A stretch of 64,000 nucleotides of DNA from Acidobacteriota bacterium (GTDB lineage Bacteria > Acidobacteriota > Terriglobia > Acidiferrales > UBA7541), in the NCBI GenBank assembly GCA_003166795.1, contig PMUS01000096.1, forward strand, positions 1,619 to 65,618. Reading direction: 5' to 3'. Below the pieces are notes generated by a model. The model worked only from the letters and a program-made list of their open reading frames with translations. It was not told where the DNA came from and made no database searches. Shown in pieces: positions 18,324 through 28,539 of the stretch; position 1 is the stretch's first letter; the number at the start of each line of letters is the position of its first letter. The translations under genes and the position numbers were made by a program.

Positions 18324-20750
18324 CTAATTTCGAAGGGGTTTGCCGGTCTTCAGAGTGTGGGCGATGCGCTCCTGCGTCTTGCGCTCGCCGCAGAGGCTGA
18401 CGAATGCCTCGCGTTCGAGATCGAGGACGTACTGCTCGGGGACGATTTGCGCTGCGGTGATGCCGCCACCGGCGAGGATATACGCGAGCTTTCGCGCGAC
18501 GACTCCGTCATATTCCGTGGCGTACTCGCCGCGAATCATCATGTGCACCGCGAGTTTCGCGAGCGCGAGGAATTCCTCACCAAGCACGCGAATTTCCGCG
18601 GGAGCCGGTGGATGATATCCGGCGCGAACCATCGCGAGCGCCGTCTGCTTCGCGTCGGCAATTTGCCGGTCGCGATTCATGGAGATCAGATCAGAGGGGC
18701 GAAGATAGCCGAGCGAACGCGCCTCCTCGGCGCTGGTGGACACTTTCGCCGTGGCGATGTTTTCGAAGATGGGCCGCAGCGCGTGCGTCAAGTCAAGGCT
18801 GTCGCCGCTCGCCGCGTGCTCATTCGCGCGGATCAGCATCTCTTTCGTTCCGCCGCCGCCGGGAATCAGACCCACGCCAACCTCGACCAGACCGATGTAA
18901 GCCTCCGCCGTGGCGTGAATTCTTGCGGAGTGGAGATTGATTTCGCATCCGCCACCCAGGGCCATTCCCTGGGGCGCGGAGACCACGGGCCGCGGCGCGT
19001 ATTTGATGGCCATATTTACGCGCTGAAATTGGCGCACCGCGAGGTGTATGTCGTCCCACTCGCCCTCCTGCGCGGTCATCAGCAACAACATCAGGTTCGC
19101 GCCAGCGGAAAAATTCGGGGCCTGATTCCCGATTACCATGGCTTCGAATTCGGTTTCCAATCGCGCGACGCCCGCGTGCAGCATCGCGACGAAATCTCCG
19201 CCGATCGCGTTCATCTTCGCGTGGAACTCGCAGCAGAGCACTCCGTCGCCCAGGTCAATCAAGCTTGCGCCGGAATTCTCCTGCACCACCGGCGTGCGGT
19301 CCTTGAGCGACTTCAGAATTAAGACTCCCGCAGGTTCTGGCTCCGGCACGAGCGCGCATGATGCCAGATCGAAGTAGCGCGAGCTTCCCTTCCCGGTTTG
19401 GTAGAACGACTTCTTGGGCGAAGCGAGCACTTTCGCGACTAGCGGCGGCAGAGTCTTCCCTTCGCGCTCGAGCGCTTTCGCCATGGGCTCGACACCGATC
19501 GCGTCCCATATTTCAAACGGCCCCATTTCCCATGCGAATCCCCACTGCATCGCGTGATCCACGTCCGCCACGGAATGGGCGATTTCCGGCGCGCGCCTCG
19601 CGGCGTAGAGGCACATCTCGCTCAGGCCTGACCAAAGAAATCGGTTCGCCTTGTCGCCGCTCTTGCCTTCCAGCGCGGGTCCGGCGAGCAATCGCAGCCG
19701 CTCGCGCGTGTCTTCGATGGCTTTTCCGGCCTCGATGGAGGGAAATCTCGCTTTCTGCTGGGGCCGGTATTCCATCTTCTGCCAGTCGAGCGTCAGGATT
19801 TCCGACTCGCCTCCCGCGCCCTTCACGCGCTTATAGAATCCGCTGCCGGTCTTTTCGCCGAGCCATCCGCGCTTCATCATTTCTTCGACCAGCGGCGGCA
19901 CGCGAAACATTTCGCGCGATTCATCCTCCGGAATGCTGTCGTAGATGTTTCGAATCACGTGGACGAGTATATCGAGCCCGACGATGTCCGCCGTGCGGAA
20001 CGTCGCCGATCTCGGCCAGCCCACGGCTGGCCCGGTGCACACGTCCACTTCCTCAATCGTCATCTCCAGCGCCTGCATCAGTCGAATCGCGTTCAGCATC
20101 GAGAACGTGCCAATGCGATTGGCGATGAAGTTTGGCGTGTCCTTCGCAAGGACGACGCCCTTGCCGAGCCGCACGTCGCAGATTTCGTCGAGGGATTCGA
20201 GCACGGCCGGCAGCGTCTTCGGTCCGGGGATCAGTTCGACCAATTTCATGTAGCGCGGCGGATTGAAGAAGTGCGTGCCCGCCCAGTGCTGTTGAAAATC
20301 CTCCGAGCGTCCCTCGGCGATCAGCCGGATCGGCAAGCCCGACGTGTTCGACGTCACGATCGTTCCCGGCTTTCGCACCGCGTCAACGCGCTCGAGCAGC
20401 TTGCGCTTGATCTCGAGGTTTTCCGCGACCGCCTCGATGATCCAGTCCACGTCGCCGCACCACGCGAGGTTGTCGTCGAAATTGCCGGGCGTGACCAGCC
20501 GCGCCGTCTCGGGCGTAAAGAACGCCGCCGGCCGCGCTTTCTTCGCCGCATCCAGTCCCGCCAGCACGATGCGGTTCCGCACGGCGGGCTTTTCGAGCGT
20601 CAGGCCCTTGCGCTTTTCATCGGCATTCAGTTCCGGCGGGACGATATCCAGCAGATAACAGGGGATTCCTGCATTGGCCAGGTGAGCCGCGATGCGCGCG
20701 CCCATCGTGCCGGCTCCCAGTACCGCCGCTTTTTCGATCGGGCGTCTCAT
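18324..20750 (-). CDS. 3-hydroxyacyl-CoA dehydrogenase / enoyl-CoA hydratase family protein (FadB/FadN-like, 808 aa)
   Basis: AVLGAGTMGARIAAH is an NAD Rossmann motif near the chosen start MRRPIEK. The C-terminal half is crotonase-like (ALGGGCEINLH). The 81-codon upstream extension in the track ORF looks non-coding. Confidence 0.9.
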   Translation of the reverse strand: MRRPIEKAAVLGAGTMGARIAAHLANAGIPCYLLDIVPPELNADEKRKGLTLEKPAVRNRIVLAGLDAAKKARPAAFFTPETARLVTPGNFDDNLAWCGDVDWIIEAVAENLEIKRKLLERVDAVRKPGTIVTSNTSGLPIRLIAEGRSEDFQQHWAGTHFFNPPRYMKLVELIPGPKTLPAVLESLDEICDVRLGKGVVLAKDTPNFIANRIGTFSMLNAIRLMQALEMTIEEVDVCTGPAVGWPRSATFRTADIVGLDILVHVIRNIYDSIPEDESREMFRVPPLVEEMMKRGWLGEKTGSGFYKRVKGAGGESEILTLDWQKMEYRPQQKARFPSIEAGKAIEDTRERLRLLAGPALEGKSGDKANRFLWSGLSEMCLYAARRAPEIAHSVADVDHAMQWGFAWEMGPFEIWDAIGVEPMAKALEREGKTLPPLVAKVLASPKKSFYQTGKGSSRYFDLASCALVPEPEPAGVLILKSLKDRTPVVQENSGASLIDLGDGVLCCEFHAKMNAIGGDFVAMLHAGVARLETEFEAMVIGNQAPNFSAGANLMLLLMTAQEGEWDDIHLAVRQFQRVNMAIKYAPRPVVSAPQGMALGGGCEINLHSARIHATAEAYIGLVEVGVGLIPGGGGTKEMLIRANEHAASGDSLDLTHALRPIFENIATAKVSTSAEEARSLGYLRPSDLISMNRDRQIADAKQTALAMVRAGYHPPAPAEIRVLGEEFLALAKLAVHMMIRGEYATEYDGVVARKLAYILAGGGITAAQIVPEQYVLDLEREAFVSLCGERKTQERIAHTLKTGKPLRN

Positions 20751-20849
20751 CAATTTTAGCCTCTGGCAGGGGACATGGTTGCAAAAGCGCCATCGCCGGT
20801 CAACCGGAAACGCCCCGCGATCCGCGAAGTTTGCTAAAGTGTCCGATAG

Positions 20850-21758
20850 GTGCGGGGGCATCCGATGGGAACGGCAACAAAATGGATCCATAAAGCCGTG
20901 CGAGGCCTGCGATCGTTTGCCTACGCAGGCGAAGGCGTGCGCCCCAGGGTGGGACTGGCCCTCGGCGGCGGATTCGCGCGCGGGATCGCGCATATCGGCG
21001 TGCTACGCGTGCTTGAGGAGCACGAGATCCCGATTGACTTCATTTCCGGGACCAGCGTAGGCGCCCTCATCGCCGCCACGTACGCCAGCGGCACGCCACT
21101 CGACGAAATGGAGCGTCAGGGATTTGCCACCCGCTTCAGCGACTTCGGCCGTTGGACGCTCTCACGCATGGGTATGGCATCGAACGAGCGTCTCGAGCAC
21201 TTCCTGCACAAATTCACGCCCGCTGAATTTTTCAGCCAGATGAAACTTCCACTGAGCATTGTCGCCACCGACCTGATGACCGGAAGATCGGTGCATTTCA
21301 CTGACGGCGAAATCGGCCCGGCGCTGCGCGCCTCGTGCGCCTATCCGGGACTTTTCCTGCCCGTGGAATATCGCGGCCGCATTCTCGTGGACGGATTTCT
21401 GACGGAGACGGTCCCGGCGGAAGCGGCGCGCGATTTGGGCGCGGAGATTGTCATCGGCGTGCACCTCGAGCCGGGACTCCTTCACTCGGCTCCGCGCAAC
21501 ACGATCGAGGTCATCAGCCGCTCGTTCTCGATTATTCAGACGTCCGCGACCCAGGTCTGGCACAGCGACGTGGATGTGCTGATCGAGCCTGAGGTTCATC
21601 ACATCCTGTGGGATGAATTCGTGAAAACGCCGCAACTCGTCGCCGCGGGAGAAGCAGCCACACGCGCCGCGATGCCTCGCATCCAGGCCGCGCTCGCCGC
21701 CGAACCCAGGAAGTTTCCCCGCCTTCGGAACACCCGTCACTTGCATGACATCGAGTAG
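20850..21758 (+). CDS. patatin-like phospholipase family protein
   Basis: LGGGFARGIAHIGV (oxyanion GGxR) and ISGTSVGALIAA (GxSxG) are present, and DGF supplies the catalytic Asp context. Confidence 0.9.
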   Translation: MRGHPMGTATKWIHKAVRGLRSFAYAGEGVRPRVGLALGGGFARGIAHIGVLRVLEEHEIPIDFISGTSVGALIAATYASGTPLDEMERQGFATRFSDFGRWTLSRMGMASNERLEHFLHKFTPAEFFSQMKLPLSIVATDLMTGRSVHFTDGEIGPALRASCAYPGLFLPVEYRGRILVDGFLTETVPAEAARDLGAEIVIGVHLEPGLLHSAPRNTIEVISRSFSIIQTSATQVWHSDVDVLIEPEVHHILWDEFVKTPQLVAAGEAATRAAMPRIQAALAAEPRKFPRLRNTRHLHDIE

Positions 21759-21961
21759 GAGGATTTTGAAGAATCCTCGCTACTGAAGTGAGCTTTTCGG
21801 ATCGCGCCCGCGGAACGCCCCGATTGCTAACGATCTGGGCTGCCCTGCGTCAAAACCAGTAGAGAGCCGAATCTCTCTCGACATGACTTTCGCAACGCCC
21901 CAATCATGCGGCGAGGGCATTCGGCTCTTCATTGAATCCGGGCGAGTCGCATCTGCGATCT

Positions 21962-22225
21962 TCAGCGCGCCTCGCGAAGCTCCACCACCACTGCGGCGCC
22001 ATTTCCTTTGCCGCGCTTCGTGAACCATTCGCTCATGGCCGCGGCCAGCCGCGCCGGATCAACGCTTAAGCCCGCTTCGAGCATCCCTTCGCCCTTCGGC
22101 AGGGTGTCGTCGAATTCCGCGGAGCCCGTGAAATTGCGCATACAGAAGCTGTCGAGCCATTCGAGCGGCACCGGCCGCCGCTCGGCGCCGATCGTCATCT
22201 CAGCTGCCAGCTTTCTCGCGTACAT
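21962..22225 (-). CDS. hypothetical protein (87 aa)
   Basis: Third-codon-position GC is very high across the ORF, consistent with real coding sequence. No family recognised. Confidence 0.5.
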   Translation of the reverse strand: MYARKLAAEMTIGAERRPVPLEWLDSFCMRNFTGSAEFDDTLPKGEGMLEAGLSVDPARLAAAMSEWFTKRGKGNGAAVVVELREAR

Positions 22226-22412
22226 TTCAGGCGAAGTATAACATCGGGCACTTGCGCCCGGTTTCCCTGCCGCGCTCGCCTTGCATTTCCGGCCTGCGTG
22301 CCCTAGAATTTTTTCTTACGACTAACTAAGATTAAGGTGTCATGTTCGACGCGATGCGCGAGAACCGAATCGCGCCGAGCGGCGTTCCTGCGAAAGAGTC
22401 CTGGGAGGTAGG

Positions 22413-24173
22413 GTGTCCACACCACTGGAAAGCTGGGTAGAGGAATCAGCGCGCCTGACGAAGCCGGCGAAGATCGTCTGGTGCGATGGTTCCGAAGCCG
22501 AAAGCGAGCGATTGACGGCTGACATGCTCCGCGACGGCACGTTCCTCGAGCTGAACCAGAAAACCCATCCTCGCTGTTACCTCCATCGCAGCAACCCCAA
22601 TGACGTGGCCCGCACCGAGCAACTAACCTTCATCTGCACCCGCCAAAAAGAGGACGCCGGCCCCACCAACAACTGGATGGACCCGTCCGAGGCGAAAGAA
22701 AAGCTCCGGCCGCTTTTCGACGGCGCGATGAAGGGCCGCACGATGTACGTCGTGCCGTATATTCTCGGCCCGGCGAAATCACCCTATAGCAAGATCGGCG
22801 TGGAGATCACCGACAGCGCATACGTCGCCGCGAACATGCGGATTATGTCCCGCATGGGCAAGCCCGCGCTCGATCGGCTCGATAATTCCGCGGATTTCGT
22901 CCCCGGACTTCATTCGCTGGGGGATCTGGACCCCAGCCGCCGCTTCATCATGCACTTCCCCGAGGAAAAGTTGATCTGGAGCGTTGGCTCCGGTTACGGC
23001 GGCAACGCCCTGCTCGGCAAAAAGTGTTTCGCACTGCGAATTGCCAGCTGGATGGCGCGCGATCAGGGCTGGATGGCGGAGCACATGTTGATTCTCGGCC
23101 TGGAAGATCCTTCGGGCAAAGTGACGTACATGGCCGCGGCGTTCCCCAGCGCTTGCGGGAAGACCAACCTCGCCATGATGGTTTCGGCGCTGGAGTCGCA
23201 GGGCTATCGTGTCTGGACCGTCGGCGACGACATTGCCTGGATGCACATCGCGTCGGACGGCACGCTGCGCGCCATTAATCCCGAGGCCGGATTTTTCGGC
23301 GTCGCTCCCGGCACGAATGCAAAAACAAATCCCAACGTAATGACCGCGGCGAATCGGAACACGATCTTCACCAACGTCGCCATGACACATTCGCGCGAAC
23401 CCTGGTGGGAAGGAATCGACGGCCCGCCCGCCGACGGGCTGACGAACTGGAAGGGTGAACCGTGGACGGCGGGATCGGGTCCCGCAGCTCATCCGAACGC
23501 GCGCTACACGGTGCCCGCTTCGCAATCGCCCTCGCTTTCGAAACATTGGGAAGACCCCGAAGGCTTGCCCATTTCCGCATTCATTTTCGGAGGACGCCGC
23601 GCGCATCTTGCGCCCCTCGTGTATGAATCGCGGAACTGGCAGCACGGAGTTTTCGTCGGCGCGACGATGGCGTCGGAAACAACGGCGGCCGCGACCGGCG
23701 CCGTCGGCGTCTGCCGCCGCGATCCAATGGCCATGCTTCCCTTCTGCGGCTACAACATGGGCGACTATTTCGGGCACTGGCTGGCCATGGGCGCCAAGCT
23801 GAAAAATCCGCCGAAGATTTTCCACGTCAATTGGTTTCGCAAGGGAGCGGACGGGAAATTCCTTTGGCCCGGCTACGGAGAAAATGTGCGCGTGCTGAAG
23901 TGGATGCTGGACCGCATCGAAGGCCGCGCGGCCGCCACGGAAACGCCGATTGGCAACGTGCCCACGCCTTCGTCACTCACTCTCGATGGCCTTTCGATTT
24001 CGCGCGACACGCTGAATGAATTGCTGAGCGTGGATTCAAGCGATTGGCTGGCGGAAGATCGGGCCGTCGGCGAGTTTTTCGCAAAGTTCGGCAGCCACAT
24101 TCCCCCCGCCGTCACCCAGGAACAAAAAGCCCTCGCTGGTCGTCTTACGCGCGCCACCGTCTCAGCAAAATAA
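22413..24173 (+). CDS. pckG: phosphoenolpyruvate carboxykinase (GTP)
   Basis: 586 aa with a GTG start. SVGSGYGGNALLGKKCFALRIAS, FPSACGKTN and WFRKGADGKFLWPGYGEN are typical GTP-PEPCK blocks. Confidence 0.95.
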   Translation: MSTPLESWVEESARLTKPAKIVWCDGSEAESERLTADMLRDGTFLELNQKTHPRCYLHRSNPNDVARTEQLTFICTRQKEDAGPTNNWMDPSEAKEKLRPLFDGAMKGRTMYVVPYILGPAKSPYSKIGVEITDSAYVAANMRIMSRMGKPALDRLDNSADFVPGLHSLGDLDPSRRFIMHFPEEKLIWSVGSGYGGNALLGKKCFALRIASWMARDQGWMAEHMLILGLEDPSGKVTYMAAAFPSACGKTNLAMMVSALESQGYRVWTVGDDIAWMHIASDGTLRAINPEAGFFGVAPGTNAKTNPNVMTAANRNTIFTNVAMTHSREPWWEGIDGPPADGLTNWKGEPWTAGSGPAAHPNARYTVPASQSPSLSKHWEDPEGLPISAFIFGGRRAHLAPLVYESRNWQHGVFVGATMASETTAAATGAVGVCRRDPMAMLPFCGYNMGDYFGHWLAMGAKLKNPPKIFHVNWFRKGADGKFLWPGYGENVRVLKWMLDRIEGRAAATETPIGNVPTPSSLTLDGLSISRDTLNELLSVDSSDWLAEDRAVGEFFAKFGSHIPPAVTQEQKALAGRLTRATVSAK

Positions 24174-24200
24174 ATTCCGCGTCGCATCCGTACCGGCCAC

Positions 24201-24266
24201 CTGTCACGATTCTCGTGTCCCAACCTATCGTGTCGCGCACGCGGCTTTTCACATTCGTGTCGCGCA
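24201..24266 (-). repeat. GACAC-anchor repeats in reverse orientation
   Basis: TCGTGTCGCGCA occurs at 24228 and 24255 (reverse complement TGCGCGACACGA). Further GTGTC/GTCAC motifs lie at 24215 and 24201. The spacing is shorter (27 nt) than at the other loci. Confidence 0.5.
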
Positions 24267-24281
24267 GGTGAGCGCTTTACG

Positions 24282-24316
24282 GTGAAAGCGTGGGGCTTCA
24301 GCCCCACGAAAAGCAC
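24282..24316. repeat. GTGAAAG-hairpin element (single copy)
   Basis: gtgaaagcGTGGGGCttcaGCCCCACgaaaagcac closely resembles the core of the tandem units at 63278-63414. Confidence 0.65.
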
Positions 24317-24372
24317 GCCAAAATTTCTCGGGCTTTAGCGCTGGCGGCTTTTTACCCGGCGCGAGAACCTCA

Positions 24373-26379
24373 CTACTCGCCGTTAATTTTCGTGTACGCC
24401 AATTGCTGCTTCACCATGTCGCGCGGATAGCTGACCGTGACATCCATCTTGCCGCCCGCGCCCCTGCGGAGTTCGAGATCGGGGTTGATTCCCGCCCAAT
24501 CGTTGGGAATGTCGAGCGTCTTGTAGCGCGCGACCACCTGATCGCGCCAAGCCGTATTGAAATGGATGCCGTATTGCGTGATCAGAGCTTTCGCTGCGTC
24601 GTAGTCACCTTCCGCCTTGATGCGCATCAACTCTGCCAGCAGCATTCCCACGCCCTCGCGCATTTTCGCGTAGTCTGTGACGACCAGATAAACTTTGCCG
24701 TCCTGCTGGACGGGCTGGATCGCTCCGGTCTTGTCGCGAATATAATTGACGATCAGCTGCGTGCCCCGGCGGTGATCCTCTTCGATCGTGTCGCCGGTGG
24801 GTACCTCGTGAAGCTGCGAGAGCGCGCCGCGCGCTTCGGAGTCGTAGGCGGCTTTGGCGACATCGTCATTCGGCATCACTCCCATCTGTATCAGCTTCGG
24901 ATCCCAGAAATTCCACAGGGCCATCAGGTCGGCGCGCGACTCCTCGAGCGTCGAGTAATATTCCTTGATGTAATAGGCTGGCTCGCGCGTGATTTTCGGT
25001 CCGACCTTTCCGGAGCCGTGGCCAATCACTTCGTGCATGGCGGTCATAAGGTTCTCGGCAAGATCGCCGTACTGCATGGCGCGATCCTTTTCAGCCTGCG
25101 TTGACGCGAACTCGCCGGAAACGGCGTTCCCGCCGGCGCTGGTGATCGCGCGGATCGAAGCGGTGAGCACGAAACTCTTCGACCCGTACTTTGCGTGAAT
25201 CTCATCTTCGTTCGGCAGGTTGTCGCCGGTTGTGCTCACATCGAAATCGCCGGTCTCCGCGAGCATTTCCACGGCATTCACGATCGGCGGCTTGGGATTC
25301 GGGTTCTTGTATTTGTCGTCCCACGGCGCGCGCTGCTCGAAGTAGGCCGCGTTCGCGGCAAATCCGGTCATCAAATGATTCATCTTCTCGTCCACGATGC
25401 TGACGAAGCCTTGTATTGCCCCCTTCAACCCGCGCGGGTCCTTGTAAACTTCGACGAAGCCGTTCGAAAAATCCGGATTCGTTTTGTCCTGAACCCAATC
25501 GATTTGGCAGCGGATCCAATCCGCGTGTTCGCCGGTTTGGTAGTACCGGATGAGATCGTTAATTACCTTCGTCTGCTGCGGAGGCGAATAACGCAGCGCC
25601 TGCTGCAGGTTTCGGATCGCCAGGCCCAGCTCGCGCGCGTAGCGGCCCGGAGGCACCGTTCCATCCGGCGTGCCCGTGCGATAGACATCTTCCACAAGTT
25701 TGCCATCCTGCTTGGTCAGCCGCGAATTCAGCGCGTAGTGTTCGGTAAACCCGACCAGATCCTTGAGTGTGACGTCCGAATAATAATTGTTGCTGCTGGC
25801 TTCGAGCGGATCCGCGCCGTTCGGCGGGTTTTTGTTGATCAGCATCGGCTCGAAGGCCGGATCGAAGAAAGGCTTGTCGAGTTCCTGAAGTTCCCGCGCC
25901 AGCGCTGTCGTTGATCCAAGCACCGCGCCGTTCTTGCTCGCCTGCTCTGCAGCGGCGCTTAGCTCGGCGGACGTGAAGTCCGGCAGAAATTTCACTGAGG
26001 TATTCGTGTTGTGATTTCCGTGATTCCCCCAGAAAAGCATCGTGTAATCGGTAACCTTCTTCAGCACCGCCGGGTCCACGCCTGTCGGGTGAGTCAAAAT
26101 CGATTCGAGCAGATGCTTCTCGCGCAAGCCGTCGGCGGAATTCTGGTCGTAAGCGATCGGGTCAACAGCGATGGCCGCCCGGTAAAGCCAATAAGCGTCC
26201 ATTTTCTGGTCCGCGGTAAGGCCGTTGAAGCTGTCGGCAGTCAATTGGAGGAATCCCGTGTCGTGTACGCGGGCGACCAGGCTCGATTCCGCCGTTTGCT
26301 GATCGGCCGCCGGCGCGGCTGCCGCCGAATGCAAACAGAAAACGGACGCCAAAGTCATGAGTGCTAATCGCAACAGCAT
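24373..26379 (-). CDS. peptidase family M49 (dipeptidyl-peptidase III-like), secreted
   Basis: HEVIGHGSG (HExxGH) and EESRADL (EExRAD) are present. The signal peptide is MLLRLALMTLASVFCLHSAAA. The start is at ATG 26379, preceded by GGAGGA. Confidence 0.85.
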   Translation of the reverse strand: MLLRLALMTLASVFCLHSAAAAPAADQQTAESSLVARVHDTGFLQLTADSFNGLTADQKMDAYWLYRAAIAVDPIAYDQNSADGLREKHLLESILTHPTGVDPAVLKKVTDYTMLFWGNHGNHNTNTSVKFLPDFTSAELSAAAEQASKNGAVLGSTTALARELQELDKPFFDPAFEPMLINKNPPNGADPLEASSNNYYSDVTLKDLVGFTEHYALNSRLTKQDGKLVEDVYRTGTPDGTVPPGRYARELGLAIRNLQQALRYSPPQQTKVINDLIRYYQTGEHADWIRCQIDWVQDKTNPDFSNGFVEVYKDPRGLKGAIQGFVSIVDEKMNHLMTGFAANAAYFEQRAPWDDKYKNPNPKPPIVNAVEMLAETGDFDVSTTGDNLPNEDEIHAKYGSKSFVLTASIRAITSAGGNAVSGEFASTQAEKDRAMQYGDLAENLMTAMHEVIGHGSGKVGPKITREPAYYIKEYYSTLEESRADLMALWNFWDPKLIQMGVMPNDDVAKAAYDSEARGALSQLHEVPTGDTIEEDHRRGTQLIVNYIRDKTGAIQPVQQDGKVYLVVTDYAKMREGVGMLLAELMRIKAEGDYDAAKALITQYGIHFNTAWRDQVVARYKTLDIPNDWAGINPDLELRRGAGGKMDVTVSYPRDMVKQQLAYTKINGE

Positions 26380-26561
26380 TTTTCGCAAGTCGAATTCCTC
26401 CCCCGGACAACCATTGGACGGTGCGCGACTGGATTTGTCACCCGCGCGGTAGGCGTTTCGCCCGGTTTCCACCCTTCGGAAATATACACTGCGCTGCCTG
26501 TGAATAGAACGCGGCTCTGCTTCGCGTCGACAAGCTCTTCCCGCGGCGTTAGAATCCGGAC

Positions 26562-27017
26562 GTGCTCGTTCGAAAGACATTAGCCGCGCTTCTGACGGTC
26601 GCCCTGCTCGCGGTGTCGGTCGCGGCGTCGCCTTGCAATTTGCCGAAGCCATCGTCGCGATGTTGTCCCTGTTGCCCGGCCACGCCTGCGAGTCCGCCGG
26701 GAACGCTCGGAGCCGGTGCGCCGCAGCTTCACGTGAGGATGTCGGTTCACGCGAAACAGCTGCTCCAGGGCGCCGCGATCCTGCCCGACGAAACCAATTC
26801 CCCGCGCCTTTGCGATGGCGAATTGTGCGTTCGAGCCACTGCTTTCGAGCGCCCAGTCGTCACCGTGGATCCCGCGCCGATTGCGTCAGGCCCCTTGGCG
26901 GCGAGCGGTGTTTTCAGGCTCCCCGCGACGTCCGCCAGCCCGCTAGGTAGTGTCCATGAAACTCCGCCGCCAGCACAAACGGCTCTCGGCCCCCTCTCAG
27001 TAAGTCTCAGGATTTAG
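26562..27017 (+). CDS. hypothetical secreted Cys-rich small protein
   Basis: GTG start. The signal-like N-terminus MLVRKTLAALLTVALLAVSVAA is followed by SPCNLPKPSSRCCPCCP. Third-position GC is moderately high. Confidence 0.45.
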   Translation: MLVRKTLAALLTVALLAVSVAASPCNLPKPSSRCCPCCPATPASPPGTLGAGAPQLHVRMSVHAKQLLQGAAILPDETNSPRLCDGELCVRATAFERPVVTVDPAPIASGPLAASGVFRLPATSASPLGSVHETPPPAQTALGPLSVSLRI

Positions 27018-27081
27018 CACACCCCTCCACTCGTCGGTCACACGCTAGTCGTTCATCAAATTTCGCTTGAGGGATCGTGCT

Positions 27082-28437
27082 ATGAAATCAATGTGCATCG
27101 TGGTGCTTTCGCTTCTCTTCTCATCGTCGTTCGCGGCGGCTCAGCAAACGAACGGCACCGGCCCAATGCCGGGCATGCAGGGAATGGACATGAGCCAGAT
27201 GCCGGGCATGAAGATGGGCGCGAACGACCAAATGAACATGGCCCCGCAAACCTTCGTGCAGGAAATTCTCGCGCACGATACCTCTGGCACGAGCGCGGAA
27301 CCCGATTCCACCCCTGCTCCCATGCTGATGAAAATCAAAGGCGCGTGGACGCTGATGTTTCACGCGAATGTGTTCGTGCTCGACGAGCAGCAATCGAGCG
27401 CGCGCGGCGGCGACAAATTTTTCTCGACCAACTGGTTCATGGGCATGGCTCAACGCGACCTCGGCCCCGGCAAATTCACCGTGCGGGCGATGCTGACCCT
27501 TGAGCCGGCGACGATTACCGGCGAACGCTACCCGCTGCTCTTCCAACAGGGCGAGACAGCCTACGGCGTCCCCATCGCGGACGGCCAGCATCCGCACAAC
27601 TTCGTCATGGAACTCGCCGCGCTTTACGACGCGAAACTTGGCGCGAAAGGACTGCTGTCCTTCTACGCTGCGCCGGTCGGCGACCCAGCGCTCGGTCCCA
27701 CCGCGTATCCGCACCGCGCGTCCGCCGCCGAGGACCCGGTCGGCGCCCTCGGCCATCATCAGGAGGATTCCACGCACATTGCGGCGGATGTCGTCACCGT
27801 GGGGCTCACCTACGGCATCGCGCGTATCGAAGCATCCGGCTTCCACGGCCGCGAACCGGGCGAAGACCGATGGGACGTTGACCAGGGCAACATCAACTCG
27901 TGGTCCACGCGCCTGACTATTCAGCCGGGGAAAAACTGGAGCGGGCAGTTTTCCTACGGCCGCATCAAGAGTCCGGAAAGTCTCTTCCCTGCTGAAGATC
28001 AGGAGCGCATGACCGCGTCCGCGATGTACAACCGCCCGCTGCGCGATGGGAACTGGACGAGTACCATTCTGTGGGGGCGCACGCGTTCACTGCAGGACGA
28101 CGCCATATTCGATAGCTACCTCGTCGAATCCACCGTGCGCTTTCGCGCGCGCAATTACGCGTGGACCCGAATTGAAAGTGCGGAACGCTCGAACGAGCTC
28201 ATCCTCGGCGAGAATCCGCTGCCGCCCGGCTTCGAGGAAAAACCCATTGGACAAGTGCAGGCCTACACGCTCGGCTACGATCGAGATTTCGATCTGATTC
28301 CCGACCTCGCGTCCGCCATCGGCGCGCAGTTCACCACCTACGGCGTCGCGGATATCCTGAAGCCTATTTACGGTTCGCACCCCGTGGGCGTCGCCCTGTT
28401 CATCCGATTGCGGCCGTTCTCGGGCAAAGACCGCTGA
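27082..28437 (+). CDS. putative outer-membrane beta-barrel protein with Met-rich (Cu-binding-like) N-terminal region
   Basis: The signal peptide is MKSMCIVVLSLLFSSSFAAAQQ. It is followed by MPGMQGMDMSQMPGMKMGANDQMNM. The rest alternates in an amphipathic way, rich in G/Y/W/R, and ends in ALFIRLRPF. Confidence 0.6.
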   Translation: MKSMCIVVLSLLFSSSFAAAQQTNGTGPMPGMQGMDMSQMPGMKMGANDQMNMAPQTFVQEILAHDTSGTSAEPDSTPAPMLMKIKGAWTLMFHANVFVLDEQQSSARGGDKFFSTNWFMGMAQRDLGPGKFTVRAMLTLEPATITGERYPLLFQQGETAYGVPIADGQHPHNFVMELAALYDAKLGAKGLLSFYAAPVGDPALGPTAYPHRASAAEDPVGALGHHQEDSTHIAADVVTVGLTYGIARIEASGFHGREPGEDRWDVDQGNINSWSTRLTIQPGKNWSGQFSYGRIKSPESLFPAEDQERMTASAMYNRPLRDGNWTSTILWGRTRSLQDDAIFDSYLVESTVRFRARNYAWTRIESAERSNELILGENPLPPGFEEKPIGQVQAYTLGYDRDFDLIPDLASAIGAQFTTYGVADILKPIYGSHPVGVALFIRLRPFSGKDR

Positions 28438-28539
28438 GAGTTTAAGCACGTTGGCCAGCTTTTCTATCCACACGAGGTCGGAGTCGAGTCCACAGAACTC
28501 CACGCTTGCGCTTCAGATTTTCTGCACTAAGATGGACGC

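Noticed and set aside
20751-20993. 81-codon N-terminal extension of the FadB-like ORF, overlapping the patatin promoter and start region
   Set aside because: The extension is Cys/Arg/His-rich and would overlap the divergent patatin gene. The Rossmann motif lies immediately after the internal start MRRPIEK.
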